From an uncultured Gammaproteobacteria bacterium (lineage in GTDB: Bacteria > Patescibacteriota > Patescibacteriia > Magasanikbacterales > GWA2-37-8): DNA of 64,000 bases. A model generated the notes under the pieces. That model was not told where the DNA came from and searched no databases. It saw nothing but the letters and a program-made list of their open reading frames with translations. A program made the position numbers and the translations under genes. The stretch covers positions 85,928 to 149,927 of the forward strand of contig CAZWKA010000003.1 of the NCBI GenBank assembly GCA_964634875.1, in the 5' to 3' direction. Below are positions 56,523-64,000 of the stretch, piece by piece (within the stretch, counting starts at the first letter, position 1; every line of letters begins with the position of its first letter).

Positions 56523-58115
56523 ATGAAGTTGTCGGATAAAGACCGTTTTTTTCTTTTGCAAAGATTATTTTCTCAAAAAGGAGAAACTCCGCTTTTTCTT
56601 GTTCATCATTATGATGAAAATCTTTTAAATGATATTAAAACGCTTAAAAATCGTCTTCGCAAAAAAGGAAATTTTGTCATAGAAACCTACCAGGGTGAAC
56701 TTGAGAAGCGAGTTATCTCGGGAGCATCAGGAGTTGTAAAAGAGATCATAGACTATACGGCTTATGCTGCTACTATTCTATTTGACGTTACAAAAGTAGC
56801 CGGAGAAGTATATGGAATATGGCAAGCAGCTTTTGCCTTTAATAAATTTATCGAAAAAATTTCTTTTGAAAAAGACATGCTCCTGATAAACGAGATTGAA
56901 AGGGAAAATAATTTTCCTTTGCAAGTTTGTTTTATTGTAAACAGCAGAATGTCTGACCATTTTAGATTAAAGGCCCTTAATGATATAGTTGCCACATCCA
57001 ACGCGGTTAAGGATAATATTCTACAGTATAAGAACATAGAAATAATGGTTTTAAATTATAATATTGCTAGTCAAATTTGGGATCTTGAAAACCCTAAATT
57101 TTTTTTACGTAACCATGGAACAGTCGCAATTACGACACAACGTACCGGTAAGATTTTTGGCTTTTTCCTTGCCTCAGATGTTTTTGAAGGTCCTTATAAT
57201 AATTACTGGGAATATATAAATAATACTGATGTTTCAGAAAAGGCCAAGAAGAATGCCTTAATGCTTAGACACTCTTATTATCAGAAGCTTAGAAGTGTGG
57301 GTGATATCCGGTCAGCTTTAAAAACAGTCGGTGCGGCTCAGGTTTGTGTTTATATGTATGATAATTTTTTATCACCTCTTGAAGGAAGAGTTTCTTTGCC
57401 TGCTGAAAACGCAAAATATATTGGCGGTCACGCGGTAAGTGTTATTGGATTTGATGATGAAAAGAAAGAATTTACTTTCAATAATAATTGGGGTGAAAAT
57501 TGGGGAGATAAGGGGCGAGGTTATTTACCTTATGAATATGTTGATAAATACTTGATGGAAGCGTGGGCCAATTCGCCATTATTTAACATAAAATGGCGTT
57601 TAAAACGATTGGCTAATCCTCTTAGATGGCCTTTTCAGGTTAAAAGATTTATAAAGGCTCTAAAGGAGAAAAGTTTAGAAAAAGTGGTTAGAAAAGGGCG
57701 GTTTATAGACAAAAGGCGAGTTTCGGTAAAATATGAAGTAAAGGTTGTTCGGTCTCTAAATCAAAAGGGATATTTTTATGTAATTAACCTCTTTAATACT
57801 AAAGAATCATTGGCTTATGGTGCGTGGTGTCACTTCAATTTAGACCCCAGAAATAACTATGTTGAAATTGAAGAGCTTTTTGTGTCTGAAGACTTTAAAG
57901 GTTTTGGTTGGGGTAAGTTTATGATCAATCTTGTTGAGGAATATGCTCGTAGAGAAAAAATAGAAAAAGTCTATGGATGGGTTTACATATATGATGCATT
58001 TAATGAACTTTTAGCAAATTTTCTAAAAAGATTTTATGAAAAAAAGGGTTATCAATGCATAAATGACACGGGTGCGCATGTTGGCTCCTTATTTCGTTTT
58101 GAAAAGTTTCTATAA
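56523..58115 (+). CDS. Fusion protein with a papain-like (C1-type) peptidase His region and a C-terminal GNAT acetyltransferase domain
   Basis: GGHAVSVIGFDD...NNNWGENWGDKGRGYLPYEY (C1 His plus NSWG box). FKGFGWGKFM GNAT motif A. Confidence 0.5.
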   Translation: MKLSDKDRFFLLQRLFSQKGETPLFLVHHYDENLLNDIKTLKNRLRKKGNFVIETYQGELEKRVISGASGVVKEIIDYTAYAATILFDVTKVAGEVYGIWQAAFAFNKFIEKISFEKDMLLINEIERENNFPLQVCFIVNSRMSDHFRLKALNDIVATSNAVKDNILQYKNIEIMVLNYNIASQIWDLENPKFFLRNHGTVAITTQRTGKIFGFFLASDVFEGPYNNYWEYINNTDVSEKAKKNALMLRHSYYQKLRSVGDIRSALKTVGAAQVCVYMYDNFLSPLEGRVSLPAENAKYIGGHAVSVIGFDDEKKEFTFNNNWGENWGDKGRGYLPYEYVDKYLMEAWANSPLFNIKWRLKRLANPLRWPFQVKRFIKALKEKSLEKVVRKGRFIDKRRVSVKYEVKVVRSLNQKGYFYVINLFNTKESLAYGAWCHFNLDPRNNYVEIEELFVSEDFKGFGWGKFMINLVEEYARREKIEKVYGWVYIYDAFNELLANFLKRFYEKKGYQCINDTGAHVGSLFRFEKFL

Positions 58116-58118
58116 AGT

Positions 58119-58844
58119 ATGTCAAAATACACTGATACAAGTAAAAAATTTGTTGACAATCTAATTAGGGATGTTCTTCCGATCATGCGTCAGGAAATGA
58201 AAGGATGGGTAAAAGGAAAGGATCTAAAAATTAGATATTCCGATAGAGAACAATTTTTAATTTCTCTAGCAAGATATGTGTCAAAAATTGATGGGTGCCT
58301 ACAAAGACAGCAAGTCTTTCCAAAATTAATTCAATCATACTCGGCTAGCTATGAAAAATTAGGATTTTCCAGGGTTGCACAACTTATTTATCATATAGAG
58401 AATTATCTATCGGAAGTTTATATTTTTCACGAAAGAACCATTGCTTTTTTAAAATACTTAAAAAAGGAGTGTAAAAAAATAGGCGAACAAGATTTAATGA
58501 TTCTCATTGAGGATGTCACAGGTGCATTCGTTGAAACATTAGAACCCATCATTAGGACGAGGGGTGTGCATACTCATGTGGAGCGTTTTTCAGACGAACA
58601 GTTATCTGATCTCGAGACAATTGATTTAGGGTTTCAGTTGGAAATGAAGAAAAATAAAAAATCTAAACAAATACACTATTTTAAAATGGCGAGAAAAATA
58701 AAACTTCTTGCTGTTAGAAGAAAGTGGAAGAGTACTTTTAAAAAAAATTATGAAGTTTTTAAGGAATTGCTAGATCAAATTTATTACATTCTAGATAAAA
58801 AACGTATTATTAAAGTAATCATAGATAAAAAGTGTAATAGTTAA
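58119..58844 (+). CDS. Hypothetical protein (241 aa), start 4 nt after the previous stop
   Basis: Translationally coupled to the fusion gene. Confidence 0.45.
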   Translation: MSKYTDTSKKFVDNLIRDVLPIMRQEMKGWVKGKDLKIRYSDREQFLISLARYVSKIDGCLQRQQVFPKLIQSYSASYEKLGFSRVAQLIYHIENYLSEVYIFHERTIAFLKYLKKECKKIGEQDLMILIEDVTGAFVETLEPIIRTRGVHTHVERFSDEQLSDLETIDLGFQLEMKKNKKSKQIHYFKMARKIKLLAVRRKWKSTFKKNYEVFKELLDQIYYILDKKRIIKVIIDKKCNS

Positions 58845-59013
58845 GATCGGTTTTTTATACTGTCCATCGTGTCCGTCGAAAAGATCTTCTCTTTTGTTCT
58901 AGTTTTGATAAAATAAACCCGACCGAGACGGCTAATTCAGAAAGGGGAGGGGGTCCCTAAAAACCCCTCAACGGTCTGCCCCCTGTGGGTGTGAGACCGG
59001 AACGTCCTACTTA

Positions 59014-59046
59014 ATAAAAAAACAGAGATCACTCTCTGTTTTTTTG
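59014..59046. terminator. Bidirectional intrinsic terminator
   Basis: AATAAAAAA-ACAGAGA-tcac-TCTCTGT-TTTTTTT. Confidence 0.75.
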
Positions 59047-59063
59047 TCACGCAGTAAGGAATA

Positions 59064-59122
59064 AACCCCTGACCTGCCAGCGTATCCAGACCTGGATACG
59101 CTGGCAGGAAAAGGCAGGGGTT
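59064..59122. other. Nested perfect hairpin (16-17 bp inner stem inside an 8 bp outer stem)
   Basis: AACCCCTG-ac-CCTGCCAGCGTATCCAG-acc-TGGATACGCTGGCAGG-aaaagg-CAGGGGTT. Confidence 0.5.
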
Positions 59123-59147
59123 GGTAACGCATCTATCGGAGCGAAGC

Positions 59148-59660
59148 TCATTTGGTCATGAGCGTCAATCGCCCCTCGTTGCCCGAGCGAGCAAAAGCTT
59201 TCTCAAGTAGGTGCATCATGCTGAGACCGACGGTCCACCCGGGGCCGCTTTTCGTCTCAGTCAACAGGACTTCTCGAAAGGGAAAATGGTTGAATCCGTT
59301 GTTGTGCATGACTACATTGAAACGGTCGCAGTAGGGCTGTCCTACTTCAAACCGTTCCGTTGCTTCAAGCCAGACTGCCCGCCCAGTGTTGCTGGCCTGG
59401 CAGATCGCTTCCGACAGGGGGCGGTAGACTTCGCGGACCTTTTTTGCTAGCTCTTGGCCGCTCAGCTCCATGAAAATCAAGCCTATCGGATCGCCGTCCC
59501 TTTGGGCGTCGCCCAGCGCAACTGCAAGTGGGCGCTGGAAGTAACTCTCTTGCATATCGAGGGCGAAAAGCCCGGCTTGCAACTCATCTTGGGACAGGCT
59601 GCCGTTACCAAGTCGGGTAATCATTTTCCACGCATCAACAAACAAAATTCTCACCGCCAT
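59148..59660 (-). CDS. Hypothetical protein (170 aa)
   Basis: ORF with the terminator/hairpin downstream. Somewhat GC-enriched. Confidence 0.45.
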   Translation of the reverse strand: MAVRILFVDAWKMITRLGNGSLSQDELQAGLFALDMQESYFQRPLAVALGDAQRDGDPIGLIFMELSGQELAKKVREVYRPLSEAICQASNTGRAVWLEATERFEVGQPYCDRFNVVMHNNGFNHFPFREVLLTETKSGPGWTVGLSMMHLLEKAFARSGNEGRLTLMTK

Positions 59661-59939
59661 GGACGACCTCCTGGTTGCTTTTTATTTGCAGCATACCCTA
59701 CCATAAAAAACGCTTCGTGTCTAGGTGTAAGGCCTGGCATTATTTTAAGCTATCTGTTATATTTTCAACGTAAATTAACCTTTTATCCATCACATGAAAC
59801 CAGGATTCGATTATAATGTGAAGGTTGGGGCTGGTATGATTTTGATAAATTGCGTGCACTGTTATTTGGTTGTGAGTCGAATTATCTGATAGCATGAAGA
59901 CGGTAGAGTCTGCTTTAGTGTTTAAGGAATTAATCGTGT

Positions 59940-60680
59940 ATGTCAGAATACCGGGGGCCGGAAAGGCCGAGGACAACCACAAAAAATTATGAAAAAGATG
60001 ATAGCGGCTCTGTTCCGCTTCCTTTTGATATTTCAGTTTCACGGGAAGAATATGATCGGATTACTACGTCTGGCCCTGAGGCGGACTTTAAAGCAATGAT
60101 TGGTGAACGTAGTGTGCTGGCTTTTGATGAGTTTAAAAAATTAGTGAAGGATGCAGGTTTGGTGCATTTTAAAGCGGGTACGTACCATACGCCTGATAAG
60201 CAGTTGTGGTTGTATGCTAAAAAAGGTTTTTATTCCCGCACGATCGAGCAAGCTCAGGCGGATAAAATCACCGCCGAAGCTTTGACTGAGCGTGGAGTCG
60301 TTTTTCCAGGAACCAAGTGGGGAATATATCAGACAGAAAATGGTAATTACCATTTGTTTGCTTACACTCGTGGCCTGAAGCATTCATCGTCAGATGCGGC
60401 TGCTTTTGATGTAAGTATTTTGATGGAAGATTTATCTGTTCGGGTGGGCATCAAGGATCCGGATACGGGAGAATTTTTGAAGGATGCTCGCTATATCAGC
60501 AATTTTAATTATCGGGAAGCAAATCATTCCCAAAACTGGGGTTTTTCACCAGAGTTGGGTCAGTACTTTCCGGTTGATGTAGAAGTTATTGAGTTTGAGA
60601 CTGCAGATAATCGCGAGGCGCGTAGAAGTGAAGAGTTGGCTGTGTTAAGCCGCTTGGCCGGGCAAGACCAGAACATTTAG
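59940..60680 (+). CDS. Hypothetical protein (246 aa)
   Basis: ORF followed by a CCTTGC...GCAAGG plus T-tract terminator. Confidence 0.5.
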   Translation: MSEYRGPERPRTTTKNYEKDDSGSVPLPFDISVSREEYDRITTSGPEADFKAMIGERSVLAFDEFKKLVKDAGLVHFKAGTYHTPDKQLWLYAKKGFYSRTIEQAQADKITAEALTERGVVFPGTKWGIYQTENGNYHLFAYTRGLKHSSSDAAAFDVSILMEDLSVRVGIKDPDTGEFLKDARYISNFNYREANHSQNWGFSPELGQYFPVDVEVIEFETADNREARRSEELAVLSRLAGQDQNI

Positions 60681-60737
60681 TTTTAAAAAACAGAAGCACA
60701 CCCTTGCCTTTAGCAAGGTTTTTTGTTTTTATGAATA

Positions 60738-61883
60738 TTGCTGTCCTTAAACCCCTGTGCTATAGTCCAAATCATGAAACTCATCGAATCGCCTGTTTCC
60801 TATCAATTTCATACGACCACGCAAGCGGCTTGGGACGCTATGTACCAAACCTTGCTTAAGGCTGAAAAATCGATTTATTGGGAGGTGTATATACTGACTG
60901 ATGATTCAGTTGGAAGGCGGTTTATTGATCTTTTGTGCGCCAAAGCTTTGACTGGTGTTGATGTAAAAATTATTGTTGACGGGCTTGGTAGCGTTGCTCT
61001 ATCTGGGGCAGCCGAAGCGCGACTGAAGGCCTCTGGCGTCTCGGTTGTTTGGTATAACAGTATTAGCTTTAAACCCAACTTATGGTTGTGGGTTCGGAAT
61101 TTATGGATACGTAACCACCGCAAGATTTTAATAGTTGACCAAGGAACCGCCTTTATTGGCGGAGTAAATGTTGATGCTATGTCGACTGCATGGGATGACC
61201 TGCACCTCGAAATGGAGGGGCCGATCGTGCAGTCATTGACCCGTGCGTTCGCTAAAAGTTATATCCGTTCGGGGGGTGACAGGGAGGCGGTCGCGCCGTT
61301 ATTGAAGCGGACTCGCTTGTTCGATCTTGAAAAATTGCGTAATAAAATAAACGTTTTAATGCATACGCCTAAATCGCTCCGGGCTGTGTCGTCGCTCTGG
61401 TATTTTTATCGTTTCGCTATGGAGCGGGCGGAGCGGACCGTAACGATGTTAACGCCTTACTATGTTCCAGATAAGCGTTTTTTGCGTCTGATTAAAGAAA
61501 CAAAAAATCGCGGAGTAACAATTAATATTTTAATTCCCGGCCGAAGCGACCATCGTTTTATGGAGTATATGGCTGAGTCGTTTTATGAGTTGACTGCGCG
61601 TGCCGGGGCAAATTTATTCTTACTAAAGAACATGAATCATGGTAAGGCGTTGAGTGTCGACGGACGTCTGGGGTTTGTGGGGAGCGCGAATATTACGCCG
61701 CGCAGCTTTTTTTTGAATGAAGAGGCGGGGGTCTATTTTACAGATAGGCCAATGGTGGCTGACTTAGATCGAGTGCTTGAGGCTTGGCGAAGCGGAGCAG
61801 AACGGGTTGTTGTCGCGCAGAACCGTAACTGGTATGACCGGTTGCTCCGCCCAGTAGTCGCTTGGTTTAAAAATTATGTCTAA
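60738..61883 (+). CDS. Phospholipase D-family enzyme (cardiolipin-synthase-like, two HKD motifs)
   Basis: HRKILIVD...GGVN and HGKALSVDGRLGFVGSANI. Confidence 0.75.
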   Translation: MLSLNPCAIVQIMKLIESPVSYQFHTTTQAAWDAMYQTLLKAEKSIYWEVYILTDDSVGRRFIDLLCAKALTGVDVKIIVDGLGSVALSGAAEARLKASGVSVVWYNSISFKPNLWLWVRNLWIRNHRKILIVDQGTAFIGGVNVDAMSTAWDDLHLEMEGPIVQSLTRAFAKSYIRSGGDREAVAPLLKRTRLFDLEKLRNKINVLMHTPKSLRAVSSLWYFYRFAMERAERTVTMLTPYYVPDKRFLRLIKETKNRGVTINILIPGRSDHRFMEYMAESFYELTARAGANLFLLKNMNHGKALSVDGRLGFVGSANITPRSFFLNEEAGVYFTDRPMVADLDRVLEAWRSGAERVVVAQNRNWYDRLLRPVVAWFKNYV

Positions 61884-63129
61884 GAAAAAAATTTCCCTTA
61901 CCTATAGCGGTCCGGTTCCGTTGGCTGAACGGATGCGCCCGCGTTCGTTCCTCGAGTTCGTGGGGCAGAAAAAAATTGCCGGACCAAAAACAATTCTTCG
62001 TCGCCTGATTGAGCAGGATGAATTGACGTCGCTTATTTTTTGGGGTCCCCCAGGAGTAGGCAAGACGACCTTGGCCCAGCTGATCGCTGTGGAAAGTAAG
62101 GCCGTATTCGTGAGTGTCTCCGCCGTTTTGAGCGGCAAAGATGAGCTTCGGCGTTGTCTCGACGAAGCGCAGGAGCGACGGGAAAAAAATAATGAACGAA
62201 CAATTTTGTTTGTTGATGAGATTCACCGGTGGAGTAAAGCGCAGCAAGATGCCCTCTTGCCGGCAGTTGAGCGGGGAGTAGTTACGCTGATTGGGGCGAC
62301 GACGGAAAACCCCTCGTTTGAAATTATCGGCGCTTTGTTGTCGCGTTGCCGAGTGATTATTCTTGAAGCGCTTGCCGCCGCGGAAATTGTTGTGATTTTA
62401 AAAGAAGCCCTGGCCGATACGGAGCGAGGTATGGGCGCATTTGCGGTAGTGGTTGAGGATGAAACATTGCTTTTACTGGCAGACCTAGCCAACGGGGATG
62501 CCCGGAGCGCTCTTAATGCCCTGGAAATTGCCGTGAAGAGCGCGGCAAAAATAGCAGGTAAAAAAACTGTCATTACCAAAGAAATTATTAAGGAAGCGCT
62601 GCAACGGACACACTTAATTTTTGATAAGCAGGGGGAAGAATTTTATAACGCTATTTCAGCGCTCCACAAGTCGATGCGCGGATCGGATGCTGATGCGTCG
62701 CTCTATTGGTTGGCGCGGATGCTCGAGGGCGGGGCGGATCCTTTGTATATTGCCCGGCGGGTGCTCCGGTTTGCGAGTGAAGACATTGGCATGGCCAACA
62801 GTGAGGCGATGATCCAGGCGAATGCGGCGTATGATGCCTGTCACAAGATCGGGTACCCCGAATGTAGTGTGCATTTGGCGCAGGCGGTAGTGTATTGTGC
62901 TAAGTCGGCAAAATCTAACGTGCTGTATAGGGCGTACAAAGCAGCAGCTGAAGATGCGCGCAACACTTCTCGTCTTGGCGTTCCGCTTCATTTACGTAAT
63001 GCGCCGACGAAGTTAATGAAAGATATCGGGTACAGCAAGGATTATAAATATAATCCTGATTATGAGGGTCCGGTGGAGCAGGATTATTTTCCGAAGGAAT
63101 TAAAAGGAAGGAAGTATTTAAAAAAATAA
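61876..63129 (+). CDS. rarA: Replication-associated recombination protein A (AAA+ ATPase)
   Basis: LIFWGPPGVGKTTLA Walker A. Walker B DEIHR. MgsA C-terminal helical domain. Confidence 0.85.
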   Translation: MSKKKISLTYSGPVPLAERMRPRSFLEFVGQKKIAGPKTILRRLIEQDELTSLIFWGPPGVGKTTLAQLIAVESKAVFVSVSAVLSGKDELRRCLDEAQERREKNNERTILFVDEIHRWSKAQQDALLPAVERGVVTLIGATTENPSFEIIGALLSRCRVIILEALAAAEIVVILKEALADTERGMGAFAVVVEDETLLLLADLANGDARSALNALEIAVKSAAKIAGKKTVITKEIIKEALQRTHLIFDKQGEEFYNAISALHKSMRGSDADASLYWLARMLEGGADPLYIARRVLRFASEDIGMANSEAMIQANAAYDACHKIGYPECSVHLAQAVVYCAKSAKSNVLYRAYKAAAEDARNTSRLGVPLHLRNAPTKLMKDIGYSKDYKYNPDYEGPVEQDYFPKELKGRKYLKK

Positions 63130-63165
63130 ATCCCGATTGAATCGGGATTTATTTTTTATTCCTCG
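63128..63165. terminator. Bidirectional intrinsic terminator
   Basis: AAATCCCGATT-g-AATCGGGATTT followed by ATTTTTTATT. Confidence 0.75.
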
Positions 63166-63229
63166 CTCACGGGGTGTCATTGCGAGGAGCGAGTTGAGTG
63201 TGCGGTTGAAACGTGTGCGGCGATTGATT

Positions 63230-63700
63230 TTATTCAATTATTATTTTTCTTTCGTCACCACTGACGTGTTCGAGGGTGATGGTGGTGACGGTTTTATTTT
63301 TGAGCAGGTTCTCGATTTTTTCTGGCCATTCAATTATGGTGATACTGCCCGGTTGCCCCAGGTAATCTTCTACGCCGATTTCAACAAGTTCTTGTTCATT
63401 TTTTAAACGGTAGGTGTCGATGTGTATCAAGTTGGTAGCCTGTCTGCTGGTAGGCATGGTTTGTAGTTTGTTTGTAGACGGGATGTTGTAGACGTTCATG
63501 AGGGTAAATGTCGGACTGGTAATGTCTTCAGTGATACCAAGCCCTTCAGCAATACCTTTGACGAGCGTGGTTTTACCGGCACCTAGGTCGCCGTATAAAC
63601 AAAGAATCGTGCCACCCTGGAGGGTGGTAGCGATGTGGTGGCCAATTTTTTTGGTTTCGTCGCTTGAATGAGAGATTTTTTCCATAGTGGTATATTCCAA
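63230..63700 (-). CDS. tsaE: tRNA t6A biosynthesis protein TsaE (YjeE ATPase)
   Basis: LYGDLGAGKTTLVKGIAEGLGI P-loop. About 155 aa. Confidence 0.75.
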   Translation of the reverse strand: MEYTTMEKISHSSDETKKIGHHIATTLQGGTILCLYGDLGAGKTTLVKGIAEGLGITEDITSPTFTLMNVYNIPSTNKLQTMPTSRQATNLIHIDTYRLKNEQELVEIGVEDYLGQPGSITIIEWPEKIENLLKNKTVTTITLEHVSGDERKIIIE

Positions 63701-64000
63701 AAAAGTATAGCATTCTCGTTTTAAAAACGAAAGACCCTCCAGTTCGCGAGGGCGAGCGGAGGGTGGATGGTGTCGGGAGATCGTTGCCTAGTCGTTCGGC
63801 CTGCAGACGAGCTGGCCACTGCTCTCCGTGACCGTCACCTCTTGTGCAGAGCAGGCCGCTGCACAAGCATCGTCTCGCCTGACTGAAGGCGGGACGCATT
63901 GGGGCGGTGTGAAGCCTGCCGGAGGCGGCTCGGGGTCGAAGGTGCACAGCATGACGCCCTCGGGTTGACCCGGCATCTGGCGGCCCGTTTGGCCGTCTAG

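Larger units (their letters stand above)
55800..58850 (+). other. AT-rich (about 33% GC) three-gene island
   Basis: Compositional drop relative to both flanks. Three same-strand orphan genes. Confidence 0.5.

Noticed and set aside
63573-63976. Minus-strand ORFs in the GC-rich last 400 bp
   Set aside because: Truncated by the window edge and in high-GC DNA where spurious ORFs abound. Cannot be supported.
1-64000. CRISPR arrays, rRNA genes, IS transposases
   Set aside because: No regularly spaced direct repeats with unique spacers, no rRNA-like conserved stretches, and no transposase-like ORFs were seen.

Overview
This 64 kb window looks like a small-genome, Patescibacteria/CPR-like bacterium. 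That is an inference from gene content: many peptidoglycan genes (mraY, murB, murC/mpl-like, murF-like, PBP), a suf operon, a geranylgeranyl-reductase-family gene, and many giant orphan proteins. The background is roughly 45-50% GC with the standard genetic code.

Reading left to right:
- 1-3696: the right end of an integrated element (hypothetical protein, HUH rolling-circle Rep, large serine recombinase) abutting tRNA-Asp(GTC), which has a consensus sigma70 promoter.
- 3967-6112: the core genes rplT-rpmI-infC, then a tmRNA (ssrA) directly downstream of smpB.
- 6852-20675: a roughly 14 kb co-directional operon. It encodes a membrane protein, a PDZ/trypsin-like pseudo-protease and a Wzz-like protein. 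These are followed by four large charged proteins (464-1199 aa) interleaved with three small acidic proteins.
- 20998-23863: a strikingly GC-rich (about 70%) island. It holds three cassette-like genes for secreted or lipo-proteins. Each is preceded by a paralogous, moderate-GC structured leader. One gene is interrupted by long poly-C tracts.
- 24080-24463: a four-helix-bundle (TIGR02436/Avd-like) gene sitting between inverted copies of a short palindromic repeat. The same repeat occurs as an uninterrupted empty copy at 29411-29480 and as a single copy at 41377-41410.
- 24475-28083: a polysaccharide-related pair (O-antigen ligase-like; GH114-like plus FG-GAP).
- 28200-40619: cell-wall and housekeeping genes.
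- 41066-47567: a suf Fe-S operon with atypical inserts.
- 47639-55588: an FNR-like reductase, typA, gpsA, a PBP and a murF-like ligase.
- 55660-55731: a tRNA-like element.
- 55800-58850: an AT-rich island (about 33% GC) encoding a papain-like/GNAT fusion protein.
- 60738-63700: a PLD-family enzyme, rarA and tsaE.
- 63720-64000: GC-rich DNA truncated by the window edge.

No rRNA or CRISPR array was seen. All functional calls rest on motif recognition by eye. No database search was run.
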